This document shows, piece after piece, positions 8,550-17,830 of a stretch of DNA of 47,999 nt (position 1 is the stretch's first letter; every line of letters starts with the position of its first letter). The translations under genes were made by a program, and so were the position numbers. The stretch lies in the NCBI GenBank assembly GCA_040377305.1, contig JBEIPA010000035.1, forward strand, positions 1 through 47,999, given 5' to 3'. The notes below the pieces were generated by a model. It did no database searches. It had not been told where the DNA came from and saw nothing but the letters and a program-made list of their open reading frames with translations. Origin of the DNA: Flavobacteriales bacterium (GTDB taxonomy: Bacteria; Bacteroidota; Bacteroidia; Palsa-965).

Positions 8550-10457
8550 ATGAAACGAATCATTACTCTTCTGATCTTATCTCTCTTCGCTTCCAAAGCA
8601 TTCGCCCTCATTCCCATCATCGACTCCATTCCCATGAGCGATGGAAGAAAACTGCCGTGCAATATTTATCTGCCTGCAACATGGACGAGCGGACCGGTGA
8701 TTCTGATTCAGACTCCGTACAATCGCAATCTTTTTAATTTCGGAATGCCACTTGGAATTGGTCAGAATATAAATGGGAGCAATTACGCGTTTTGTGTTGT
8801 TGACTGGCGTGGATTTTACGGAGGCGCTCAAGCCATGTATTCCGGTGCACCATCACGCGGTGAAGACGGTTATGATGTTGTTGAATGGGTGTACACGCAA
8901 ACCTGGTGCAATAGTACAATTGGAACGTGGGGACCTTCCGCTCTCGGAAAAGTACAGTTCCAAACTGCCAGAGAATATCCTCCGCACCTCACCTGCATTT
9001 GTCCGGTGGTTGCAGCTCCGCAATTTTTGTACGAAGAATATTTTCCCGGAGGATGTTACCGCACAGAATACGTTGAACAACTCGACGGACTCGGTTACGG
9101 AATGTCACCGTTCCTGCTTACGTATCCTGTCCACAACAATATCTGGACGTTCGGTGTAGAAAATCCAAACACGTATCCTGATAGCATTGGTGTTCCAACA
9201 TTAATGATTGGCGGATGGTACGATCACAACACGGATCTCATGGTCGATTTCTTCGGACAAATTCGCGCGCAATCTCCAGCGAACGTGCAGAATCAACATC
9301 GTTTGCTTATGGGTCCTTGGGCGCATGGAGGAAACGGAAGTGCATCTGTTGGCTCTGCACAGCAAGGAGAACTCACATACAACAACGCTGCAGGCTGGAG
9401 CGATTCACTTGCATTAGAATTCTTCGACTACTACTTGCGCAATATCAATAACGGCTGGAACACTACGCCATTCGTGCAGTATTACACGATGGGAAGCAAC
9501 ACCTGGAATTCATCTCCATCATGGCCTCCAACAGGAACTACACCTGTTACCTTGTACATGCACAGCGATACTTCTATGAGCATCACACCACCATCGTTGA
9601 GCACCGGAAGTATTTCCTACAACTACAATCCGAATGATCCTTCACCCACAGTTGGTGGACCCACTTTGCGACAAGATCTTGATCAGGGTCCGTTCGATCA
9701 AAGCGATTCAGTTGAAAACAGAAACGACATTCTCACATTCACCACTGCACCCATGACACAGGATGCAACAATCGCCGGAGTGGTTACCGTACATCTCGAA
9801 ATTACTTCCGATAAATTCGACACGGATTTTTGTGTGCGCATGTGTGATGTCTATCCGACCGGAGAATCAATGCTCATCAACGACGGTGTTTATCGCATGC
9901 GTTTTCGCGATGGATTTAATGTTGCCGATACAGCGAACATGATTCCTAACCAACACTACTTTGTAGATATTGATTTGCCGAATACATGCATCACCATTCT
10001 GCAAGGTCACAGTCTGCGCATTGATGTAACGTCGTCGAACTACCCGCGTTTCAACCGCAACATGAATACCGGACAAGCGATGTATCCGGCACCACTGATT
10101 ACGGCAGGTGATACATTGGTGAATCCGCAAATTGCGAATAACACGATTTATACGAACAGTGTGTATTCATCGCGCGTTACCTTTCCTGCATGGAACTGGC
10201 CGTTGAGTATTACTGAAAATACCGCACCTCAGTTTGATGTGTTTCCGAATCCGGCAAGCGACTACCTCGATGTGGTCAATGCAAGTAATGAGTCGTGCAG
10301 CTACACCCTCGTAGATGCAGCCGGTCGCGTGGTGCGTGAAGTGAAATCGAACGGAACGACCACACGAATTTTGTTGGATGGAATTTCTGCCGGAGTTTAT
10401 GTGTTGCAGATGAAGACGGAGACTGGCGTTAGTTCACGGGAGATTATTGTGCAGTAG
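8550..10457 (+). CDS. CocE/NonD family serine hydrolase with T9SS C-terminal domain
   Basis: IPMSDGRKL, QTPY, DWRG, nucleophile GPSALG, GGWYD, GPWAH, SSNYPRF. CTD begins FDVFPNPA. Confidence 0.9.
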   Translation: MKRIITLLILSLFASKAFALIPIIDSIPMSDGRKLPCNIYLPATWTSGPVILIQTPYNRNLFNFGMPLGIGQNINGSNYAFCVVDWRGFYGGAQAMYSGAPSRGEDGYDVVEWVYTQTWCNSTIGTWGPSALGKVQFQTAREYPPHLTCICPVVAAPQFLYEEYFPGGCYRTEYVEQLDGLGYGMSPFLLTYPVHNNIWTFGVENPNTYPDSIGVPTLMIGGWYDHNTDLMVDFFGQIRAQSPANVQNQHRLLMGPWAHGGNGSASVGSAQQGELTYNNAAGWSDSLALEFFDYYLRNINNGWNTTPFVQYYTMGSNTWNSSPSWPPTGTTPVTLYMHSDTSMSITPPSLSTGSISYNYNPNDPSPTVGGPTLRQDLDQGPFDQSDSVENRNDILTFTTAPMTQDATIAGVVTVHLEITSDKFDTDFCVRMCDVYPTGESMLINDGVYRMRFRDGFNVADTANMIPNQHYFVDIDLPNTCITILQGHSLRIDVTSSNYPRFNRNMNTGQAMYPAPLITAGDTLVNPQIANNTIYTNSVYSSRVTFPAWNWPLSITENTAPQFDVFPNPASDYLDVVNASNESCSYTLVDAAGRVVREVKSNGTTTRILLDGISAGVYVLQMKTETGVSSREIIVQ

Positions 10458-10577
10458 CGTCTGCACCGTAGGCTAATGCCAGTGGTTGCACTTCATACCA
10501 TGCTCCTGTTTGCTGCACCGTGCGGCTTCAGCCGACGGAAAACAATAACTTTACAATATTCACGTTAATGCTCCCGG

Positions 10578-11495
10578 ATGAACTATTGTATCCAGACAAA
10601 AGGTCTGTCTTATCGCTACTCCGGAACTGAACAGATTCTGGATGACGTAAACATCAACGTCATCAACGGAAGCATCTACGGCTTTCTTGGTCCGAACGGT
10701 GCTGGCAAAACGACAACACTGAAATTGCTTCTTGGATTGTTACGCAACCAGGAAGGCAGCATCGAGATTTTCGGAAAGGAATTTCATGCAAACAGAATTG
10801 AATCGTTGCAACAGCTCGGATCGCTCATTGAAACTCCATCGATTTACGGACATCTCACAGCGAGTGAAAATCTGGAAGTGTTTCGTTTGCTTTATGATGT
10901 TCCCGTTTCGAGAATATATGAAGTGTTGAAACTCGTGGGCTTATCGCACACCGGAAAGAAAAAAGCAAAAGCATTTTCTCTCGGAATGAAACAGCGATTG
11001 AGTATTGCAATTGCGTTGCTACATTATCCGAAATTACTCGTGCTCGACGAACCGACGAATGGATTGGATCCGAATGGTATTCTCGAAATGCGTGAGCTCC
11101 TGCGGAAACTGAATCGCGAAGAAGGAATAACGATTATCGTTTCAAGTCACCTGCTTGCTGAAATAGAACGACTCGTGACGCATGTGGGAATTATAAGCAG
11201 AGGAAAAATGGCTTTTGAAGGGACGCTGACTGAACTCATGCAGAAACAGGAATCATCTTCGATGCTGAAATTTGACACGAACAATTCTTCTGCAGCGCTT
11301 GACATTTTACAGCAGTGCGGAGTAGCGGCCGAGCTTCACGAGAATACGATTCGTACTGCGATCATTCCGAAAGAAAAAATAGCAGAAGTGAATCGCGCCC
11401 TCGTTGCAGCAGGTATCGACGTCTATTCGATTGCAACAACACGCAGCGATCTGGAAAGTATTTTCATGGACATTACCAACGGGCCAACGACATGA
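10578..11495 (+). CDS. ABC transporter ATP-binding protein (BcrA/LanF-like)
   Basis: Walker A GPNGAGKTT, signature FSLGMKQRL, LDEPTNGLD, and SSHLL. Confidence 0.93.
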   Translation: MNYCIQTKGLSYRYSGTEQILDDVNINVINGSIYGFLGPNGAGKTTTLKLLLGLLRNQEGSIEIFGKEFHANRIESLQQLGSLIETPSIYGHLTASENLEVFRLLYDVPVSRIYEVLKLVGLSHTGKKKAKAFSLGMKQRLSIAIALLHYPKLLVLDEPTNGLDPNGILEMRELLRKLNREEGITIIVSSHLLAEIERLVTHVGIISRGKMAFEGTLTELMQKQESSSMLKFDTNNSSAALDILQQCGVAAELHENTIRTAIIPKEKIAEVNRALVAAGIDVYSIATTRSDLESIFMDITNGPTT

Positions 11496-12265
11496 GAACA
11501 TTCATTCAGAGTTACCGCAGCGAATGGCTGAAGAAAAAACGTACTGCTGGTTCGTTGCTTGTAATTGCGGGTGGATTTTTGATTCCGACTATTCTGCTCA
11601 TCGCACGTTTCGCCAATTCCGAAAATCTCTGGGAAGAAAATACATCCGGAGATATGTGGAATCAATATCTCGAAACACACTGGCAGTTCATGGCCATATT
11701 CCTTCTGCCATTCGGAGTTATTCTTGTTACGAGTTTGATCACACAAAATGAATTCCGCAACAACACCTGGAAACAGGTCCACACCACACCGCAGAGCTTC
11801 ACAACTGTCTATTTTGCAAAGCTCGCAGTGATCATCACCATGCTCGTGCAGTTTTTTGTTCTGTTCAACATCGGTATGTATCTCGTTGGCGTTGTACCCG
11901 GCATGTTCTATGCCGATATTCCTTATCCGGTGCAACCTTTCCCGTGGGAAACATTCCTCCGCTACAGTGCCGGATTTTTCATTTGCTGCCTGCCGATTAT
12001 CGCCATGCAATATCTGCTCAGTCTGAAGTTTCAGAATTTTCTTTTGCCACTAGGTGCCGGCATTGCTTTGTTCATTGCTTCGATGATCGGCCTGAACTGG
12101 GAACACGGTTACACGCTTCCCTACTCGTACAGCGGCATGAAATTCATCAGCATGCAAACCGGAATGGCACCGGCTGCGAACATCAAGGCTTGGGCGATCG
12201 GGTATTTTATCGCGTTGACTCTTGTTGGATACATCCTCTATATTCAGAAGAAAGAGAAGAGCTGA
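11492..12265 (+). CDS. ABC transporter permease (LanE/G-like, ABC-2 type)
   Basis: Start reassigned to MRTFIQSYRSEWLK, whose ATG overlaps the ATPase stop (ATGA). Contains EFRNNTWKQ...P...AKL and 6 TM segments. Confidence 0.88.
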   Translation: MRTFIQSYRSEWLKKKRTAGSLLVIAGGFLIPTILLIARFANSENLWEENTSGDMWNQYLETHWQFMAIFLLPFGVILVTSLITQNEFRNNTWKQVHTTPQSFTTVYFAKLAVIITMLVQFFVLFNIGMYLVGVVPGMFYADIPYPVQPFPWETFLRYSAGFFICCLPIIAMQYLLSLKFQNFLLPLGAGIALFIASMIGLNWEHGYTLPYSYSGMKFISMQTGMAPAANIKAWAIGYFIALTLVGYILYIQKKEKS

Positions 12266-12332
12266 TATTCAGTCCGAATCGTTGAATATTCAACGCCCAA
12301 ATGACCAATCAAGTTCACTCAAAGTGATGTAA

Positions 12333-13271
12333 CTAATCATTACTCCTGATGGTTATAGAAGCTTTCCCTCCAACAGTATTAAAAAGCACATCGACCTTTT
12401 GCTCAATACCGTTAATATCAAAGCTATAACTGGCGATCCAGGCAATTGTTCCATTTGTGAATTCCTGTCGGTAAGAATACTGTTTCATTTCTACGTCCCG
12501 CTGCTCTTCCACGATAAACATCTCAATAGTTATTAGCCACTCCTTGATCCGCCTCTCTTCATGATCAATGAAAATAAACGCGTTAATTGATTCCTCAAAT
12601 TCGATTTCCAGTTCGATACGCTTGTGGTGCGCAACAAGTTCCTCTAGGTTAGAATATTCTGGGTGATTATTTAAAACAACCGTTACCAATTCCGTTAGAT
12701 TGTATTTCTTATTATGACCACTAATTGAAAATATTTCGCCATTTGCATCAAAGGGAATAGTTTCAATTCTTGCTTCCTCCTCGATTTTCCTTTCCAATTT
12801 TAAAGCACCCGCTTTCAAAATGTTAAACTTGCGGGAAACAAAAGTCATTCTGGGAAGAAGTTTTACAGTATGAGGGTTATCCAAGTAATGCATCTCCTCG
12901 AGAGTCATCAAGACAACTGTATTTCCATACTTGTTTCGAACTTCATCCAGTATTGACTGAGGATAACCAAGAGCAGACACGCAAATCAACTGTTGCGCAC
13001 CAACCTCTCGCATCTTTTCTATCCATCCGTGAAATGTGGTAATATCCGGTTTTCGATTTCGCTTCTGAACCTCCACAATAATGATGTTACTTCGAATTTC
13101 TGAACCTACGGTAATAACCACATCGCATTGCCGTTGTCTTCTTTCTGGTCTGCCAATGACTGGCAGTAATACGTTGTGCTGGACAACGGAGTTCGGTGCG
13201 ATAAACTTCTCAAGGATGCCTGCGATTTTTTCTACAATTTTCCACTGCTTGTCTTCCCCTTTCTTACTCAT
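12333..13271 (-). CDS. Mrr-like PD-(D/E)xK restriction endonuclease domain protein
   Basis: N-terminal WKIVEK...RQCDVVI...IIVEVQKR...VSALGY fits the Mrr_cat pattern. The gene is AT-rich relative to its neighbours. Likely start is MSKKGEDK. Confidence 0.7.
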   Translation of the reverse strand: MSKKGEDKQWKIVEKIAGILEKFIAPNSVVQHNVLLPVIGRPERRQRQCDVVITVGSEIRSNIIIVEVQKRNRKPDITTFHGWIEKMREVGAQQLICVSALGYPQSILDEVRNKYGNTVVLMTLEEMHYLDNPHTVKLLPRMTFVSRKFNILKAGALKLERKIEEEARIETIPFDANGEIFSISGHNKKYNLTELVTVVLNNHPEYSNLEELVAHHKRIELEIEFEESINAFIFIDHEERRIKEWLITIEMFIVEEQRDVEMKQYSYRQEFTNGTIAWIASYSFDINGIEQKVDVLFNTVGGKASITIRSND

Positions 13272-13391
13272 ATTCTCATCTTTTAATATCAAATACTTCA
13301 AAAATACTGCATTCTCATGTGACCCACACAAAGTCATAGCTATCAGGGTCAATACAACAAACCGACGCCAGTAACCGTTATCTTTACTCCA

Positions 13392-14084
13392 ATGAGATTC
13401 CTCGCTCCACTTGTTGTCCTGATTGCATTCGCTCTTTCTTCCTGCGAACCAGACGTGGTATTTACTCCTCGTCCGCGCGGATATTACCGCATTGAAATGC
13501 CTGCGAAGAATTATGTGAAATACGATAGCTCGGATGTTCCATATACGTTCGAGATTCCGGATTACGCGCGCATGTATCGCAGCAGTGCACCTAATGCCCC
13601 GAACACGTGGAGAGATCTATACTTCGGTGAATTTAAAGCAACGCTGTACATCAGTTACAATCAAATTACAAGCGATTCTTTGTTTGCTCAACTCGTCAAT
13701 CAAAGCTGGGAAATGACAGAAGCTCATCACGAGATGTCGCAGGCGATGAAAGATTCACTCATCATGCGTCCGGATGCACACGTGTATGGCACAGTGATCG
13801 AACTTGGCGGAAATGCTGCATCGCTTCTGCAATTTTATCTTACAGATAGCGTACACAATTTCATTCGTGGTTCATTGTATTTCTATGCCGTGCCGAATAA
13901 AGATTCTCTTCAGCCGGTTCTCAATTACATCAAAGAAGATGTGATGCATTTAGTTGAAACCATTGAATGGAGACCGGCGCCTCATGTGGATATGATAACG
14001 ATCATCCCTCCGATTCCGTTGGACAAACCAAAAAAAGGTGGAATTGTCGAAGGTGAAGTTGTAGGCGACAAGTCGAAAGATTGA
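13392..14084 (+). CDS. gldD: Gliding motility lipoprotein GldD
   Basis: Lipobox LSSC, PRPRGYYRI, GNAASLLQFYLTDSVHNFIRGSLYF...PNKDSLQP...W. Confidence 0.92.
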   Translation: MRFLAPLVVLIAFALSSCEPDVVFTPRPRGYYRIEMPAKNYVKYDSSDVPYTFEIPDYARMYRSSAPNAPNTWRDLYFGEFKATLYISYNQITSDSLFAQLVNQSWEMTEAHHEMSQAMKDSLIMRPDAHVYGTVIELGGNAASLLQFYLTDSVHNFIRGSLYFYAVPNKDSLQPVLNYIKEDVMHLVETIEWRPAPHVDMITIIPPIPLDKPKKGGIVEGEVVGDKSKD

Positions 14085-14124
14085 TAATCACATTTTCGAT
14101 GTAACCAATAGCGGTTATCGCGTT

Positions 14125-15216
14125 ATGCGCACCATGCGGTCATTCCTTCTTTCTCTCTTTATTGGCAGTGCCCTGTGTTCTCAGAACCTTGTTGTTAATC
14201 CGGGATTTGAAATCAGTACCACCGGTCAATCAGGTCTTGTAGCAACCGCTGGAGTTAGCGGCTGGAGCGCCCCTACCAAAGGAACATCCGATTACATTCA
14301 TCCCACGAACAAAGAACGGAAGGTACAAGCACAGGAAACTCCAGCTTATGCACACATCGTTCCTTATGATGGAAAAGCGTGCGCCGGAATTCACGGCACT
14401 TTCAGTGCACATGAATATCTCTGCGGTACACTTTCATCGCCGTTGGTGAAAGATTCCGTTTACGAAATTTCTTTCGCACTGGCTACAGCGTACAACTATG
14501 AATTTGATCCGGCGCGCATCGGTGTATACTTTACGAAGCAAAATAATCCGTACTACAGATCCGGAGATGACTCTGAAAAAATTGAAGTCGCACCACAAGT
14601 AAATCTTGAAAATTCAGAGAAGGTTTCCGAAACCGGATACTGGGGCGTTTATAAAATGAACTATACTGCTCGTGGTGGAGAAATCAGGTTTATCATTGGC
14701 GACTTCACCGACATGTATGTGCGTGGAATGCAAGGCGTGCAAGCTGACTATTTTTTCATTGATAGTGTAAGCGTTAGTCGTGCGAAAGCGCAGTTCTTAA
14801 ATAATCAGGAAATCCTACGTACATCGATTGATTCTATTACAACTGATCCGGTGATGAACATTTCATCCTCCGACACACTAATTGCTCCCGGAAAAACTCT
14901 TGTTCTGGAGAATATCTATTTCGAAACAAACAAGTCGCGTATCCTGCCGGAGTCGTATCAGCCACTGTACGACATCATTGTTGAACTAAAACTCCAGCCA
15001 AATCTGAAAGTTGTAATTGTTGGTCACACCGATACGGAGGGTGATCCGGAAGCTAATCTGAAACTGTCACAAGAACGTGCGCAAGCTGTGGCAGATTTTT
15101 TCATCGCTAAAGGGATTTCAGCTTCAAGACTTACAACCAGAGGAGAAGGTCAGAAGAATCCGGTAAGTGAAGAAGATTGGAAAAATCGTCGGGTGGAGTT
15201 TATATTTAGAGAATAG
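14125..15216 (+). CDS. OmpA family protein with N-terminal beta-sandwich domain
   Basis: QNLVVNPGFE at the N-terminus. C-terminal LENIYFE...GHTD...NLKLSQERA...NRRVEF. Confidence 0.9.
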   Translation: MRTMRSFLLSLFIGSALCSQNLVVNPGFEISTTGQSGLVATAGVSGWSAPTKGTSDYIHPTNKERKVQAQETPAYAHIVPYDGKACAGIHGTFSAHEYLCGTLSSPLVKDSVYEISFALATAYNYEFDPARIGVYFTKQNNPYYRSGDDSEKIEVAPQVNLENSEKVSETGYWGVYKMNYTARGGEIRFIIGDFTDMYVRGMQGVQADYFFIDSVSVSRAKAQFLNNQEILRTSIDSITTDPVMNISSSDTLIAPGKTLVLENIYFETNKSRILPESYQPLYDIIVELKLQPNLKVVIVGHTDTEGDPEANLKLSQERAQAVADFFIAKGISASRLTTRGEGQKNPVSEEDWKNRRVEFIFRE

Positions 15217-15301
15217 GACGAATAAACACTCCTATCAATTGTGCGGAAATTCACAATAACCCTCGCCGACGATTTCCTACCTTAGTACAAATCGTTCATC
15301 A

Positions 15302-17680
15302 ATGAAATTCTTCTACACTGGCATTCTATGCCTATTCACGTTTGTGCTATCCGCTCAGGACGTCACTTACTCGCGTGTAAAAATCTACACCGACGATGCA
15401 GGTATGAATCAACTCGCTATTGCGGGAATCACCATCGATCACGGAACATACAAACCCGGATACAGTTTCACCACGGATCTTTCTTCGGAAGAAATTCAGC
15501 GCGTGAATGCGCTCGGCTTCAATTATGTGATTGAAATTCCGGATGTAGAAACATACTATCGCGAACGAAATACATCGGTGGAGAGAAACGGAAATTCTAC
15601 CGTGCAATTTGATCCTTGTGACAACTCTACCCCACTGCTCACACCAGCAAATTTCTCACTGGGCTCAATGGGTGGATTTTTCACTGTCGCAGAAATCTAT
15701 TGGCACATGGATAATCTTGCGACGTTGTTTCCAACACTCGTGAAACCACGACTGGTCATTGACAGCAACAATCTCACTTTCGAAGGACGGTATATGTACT
15801 GGATGAAAATCTCTGACAATCCACTTGTAAACGAAAGTGAACCGGAAATGTTATATACCGCTGCACATCATGCGCGTGAACCCGCAGGTGTGTCGCAACT
15901 CATTATGTATATGTATTACCTGTGCGAGAATTACAATTCGAATCCAGAGATTCAATACATCGTAAACAACACCGAATTGTATTTTATTCCGCTTGTAAAT
16001 CCGGATGGTTACTTCTACAACGAAACAACCGATCCTTCAGGTGGTGGAATGTGGCGTAAGAACCGTCATGATCATCAGAACGGAAGTTATGGTGTTGACC
16101 TCAACAGAAATTATTCGTACAACTGGGGCTACGACAACTTTGGTTCCTCGCCCAATGATTTTGACGACACATATCGCGGAACTTCACCGGCATCTGAACC
16201 GGAAGTACAGAATGTGCAGACCTTGTGCTCACAAAACAATTTCAGAATTGCGTTGAACTACCACACGTACAGCAATCTTCTGATTTATCCCTGGGGATAT
16301 GCTCCTGCAACGTACACACCAGATTCTGCACAGTACTTCCGCTGGGGAAATATTCTTACGAGTATCAATCACTATTCATTCGGAACTTCTGATCAGACAG
16401 TACACTATCAGGTGAATGGTTCATCGGATGATTGGATGTACGGCGACCAGATTGCAAAACCTAAAATCATGGCGATGACTCCGGAAGCAGGTGATCAACT
16501 TGACGGATTCTGGCCTGCACAAAATCGCATTGAGGATATCTGCAAGCTGAACATCCCAATGGATTTGTATGCGGCGAAATTGCTACTTGCGTTCGGAGTC
16601 ACGTCTGATGCCCATGGCAAGTACATTGCTGGTCCAAACGGAACTATCAAATTTGATTTTGAACGTCTCGGTCTTGATTCACCAGCAACATTCACTGTTG
16701 GAATTTTTCCACTGAGCCCTGAGTTCACAAGTATTGGTCCGGCCCAACAATTTGGTGTGTTGCCGTATGGACAAATTCGCAGTGATTCGATTTCATACAC
16801 CGTGAATCCTGCTACACCTTATGGAACACTGCTCACGTATATAATTGAAACCAACAACGGATCATTCACCTGGCGCGACACCATTACGAAAATGTATGGA
16901 GTACCAACGATCATTTATTCCACTTCCGGGAATAACATGAGCGGATGGACAACATCTTCGGGTTGGGCAATTACAAATGAAGATTTTGTTTCACCTTCAA
17001 CATCAATAACAGATAGTCCGAATGGTCCGTACAATCCGCAGGACTACACCTACACGGATCTGACAACGCCGTTAGATCTCACAAACGTGTACAGCGCGCA
17101 CATCACGTTCTATACGAAGTATGACATAGAAGCGGGTTACGATTACGCACAGGTATCTGCATCAAACGATGGCGGTGCATCGTGGACTCCGTTATGTGGT
17201 AAATACACGATGAGCAACAACGCACTCGACAACGGCAATCCTGTTTACACCGGCGTTCGTCATCAATGGGTGAAAGAAGATATGTCGCTGGATGCGTTTG
17301 CAGGGTCGAGTGTGTTGATTCGTTTCTCGTTGCAAAGCGACTGGGGTGCAGAAACAGATGGTTTCTACTTCGACGATTTCGTTGCAGAAGTTCTTGATAC
17401 CACCGCAAATGCAATTGGTGAACATGCAACTGCATCATTCATCGGACAGAATATTCCAAATCCAACAGCGAATGAAACATTTATTCCGTTGAGAAATTCT
17501 GATGCGGGTGTGATTGAAATCTATTCAAGCGTTGGGCAACTGGTGATGACCCAGACTGTTGCGGCGAATGCGAATGGTGTGTTTGTTTCTACTGCGAACT
17601 TAGCTGAGGGTGTTTATACATATCGCTTTGTAAGTGGTGGTGTGGCTACAGCGAGTCGTCGCATGGTGATCGCACGTTAG
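15302..17680 (+). CDS. M14 zinc carboxypeptidase (carboxypeptidase T-like) with T9SS C-terminal domain
   Basis: HARE, NPDG, WRKNR, GVDLNRNY, YHTY and GSSDDW motifs. CTD begins GQNIPNP. Confidence 0.92.
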   Translation: MKFFYTGILCLFTFVLSAQDVTYSRVKIYTDDAGMNQLAIAGITIDHGTYKPGYSFTTDLSSEEIQRVNALGFNYVIEIPDVETYYRERNTSVERNGNSTVQFDPCDNSTPLLTPANFSLGSMGGFFTVAEIYWHMDNLATLFPTLVKPRLVIDSNNLTFEGRYMYWMKISDNPLVNESEPEMLYTAAHHAREPAGVSQLIMYMYYLCENYNSNPEIQYIVNNTELYFIPLVNPDGYFYNETTDPSGGGMWRKNRHDHQNGSYGVDLNRNYSYNWGYDNFGSSPNDFDDTYRGTSPASEPEVQNVQTLCSQNNFRIALNYHTYSNLLIYPWGYAPATYTPDSAQYFRWGNILTSINHYSFGTSDQTVHYQVNGSSDDWMYGDQIAKPKIMAMTPEAGDQLDGFWPAQNRIEDICKLNIPMDLYAAKLLLAFGVTSDAHGKYIAGPNGTIKFDFERLGLDSPATFTVGIFPLSPEFTSIGPAQQFGVLPYGQIRSDSISYTVNPATPYGTLLTYIIETNNGSFTWRDTITKMYGVPTIIYSTSGNNMSGWTTSSGWAITNEDFVSPSTSITDSPNGPYNPQDYTYTDLTTPLDLTNVYSAHITFYTKYDIEAGYDYAQVSASNDGGASWTPLCGKYTMSNNALDNGNPVYTGVRHQWVKEDMSLDAFAGSSVLIRFSLQSDWGAETDGFYFDDFVAEVLDTTANAIGEHATASFIGQNIPNPTANETFIPLRNSDAGVIEIYSSVGQLVMTQTVAANANGVFVSTANLAEGVYTYRFVSGGVATASRRMVIAR

Positions 17681-17830
17681 TGTTTTGCCCCTACAGGGCA
17701 AGGGTAGGATTCACACGTTAAGTTATGCATGTTTGGCTCCTCTGGAGCCGATAATGTACATGGTCCTGTAGGGACCAAACATGCATAACCGTGTACCCGA
17801 AAACTCCCCTTGCCCTGTAGGGGCAAAACA
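17681..17830. repeat. 150-bp nested palindrome (REPIN/BIME-like) filling the gap between convergent genes
   Basis: Perfect 24-bp outer arms TGTTTTGCCCCTACAGGGCAAGGG / CCCTTGCCCTGTAGGGGCAAAACA, 15-bp inner arms GTTATGCATGTTTGG / CCAAACATGCATAAC, and small GC hairpins inside. Confidence 0.9.

Noticed and set aside
11315-11491. Long N-terminal extensions in the ORF track (also starts at 13352, 20157, 22243, 23342, 24616, 39756)
   Set aside because: They overlap neighbouring genes, promoters or repeats. Downstream ATGs give signal peptides, family-typical N-termini or stop-start coupling.
10578-12265. Lantibiotic or bacteriocin biosynthetic cluster
   Set aside because: Only an immunity/resistance-type ABC pair is present, with no precursor peptide or modification enzyme nearby.
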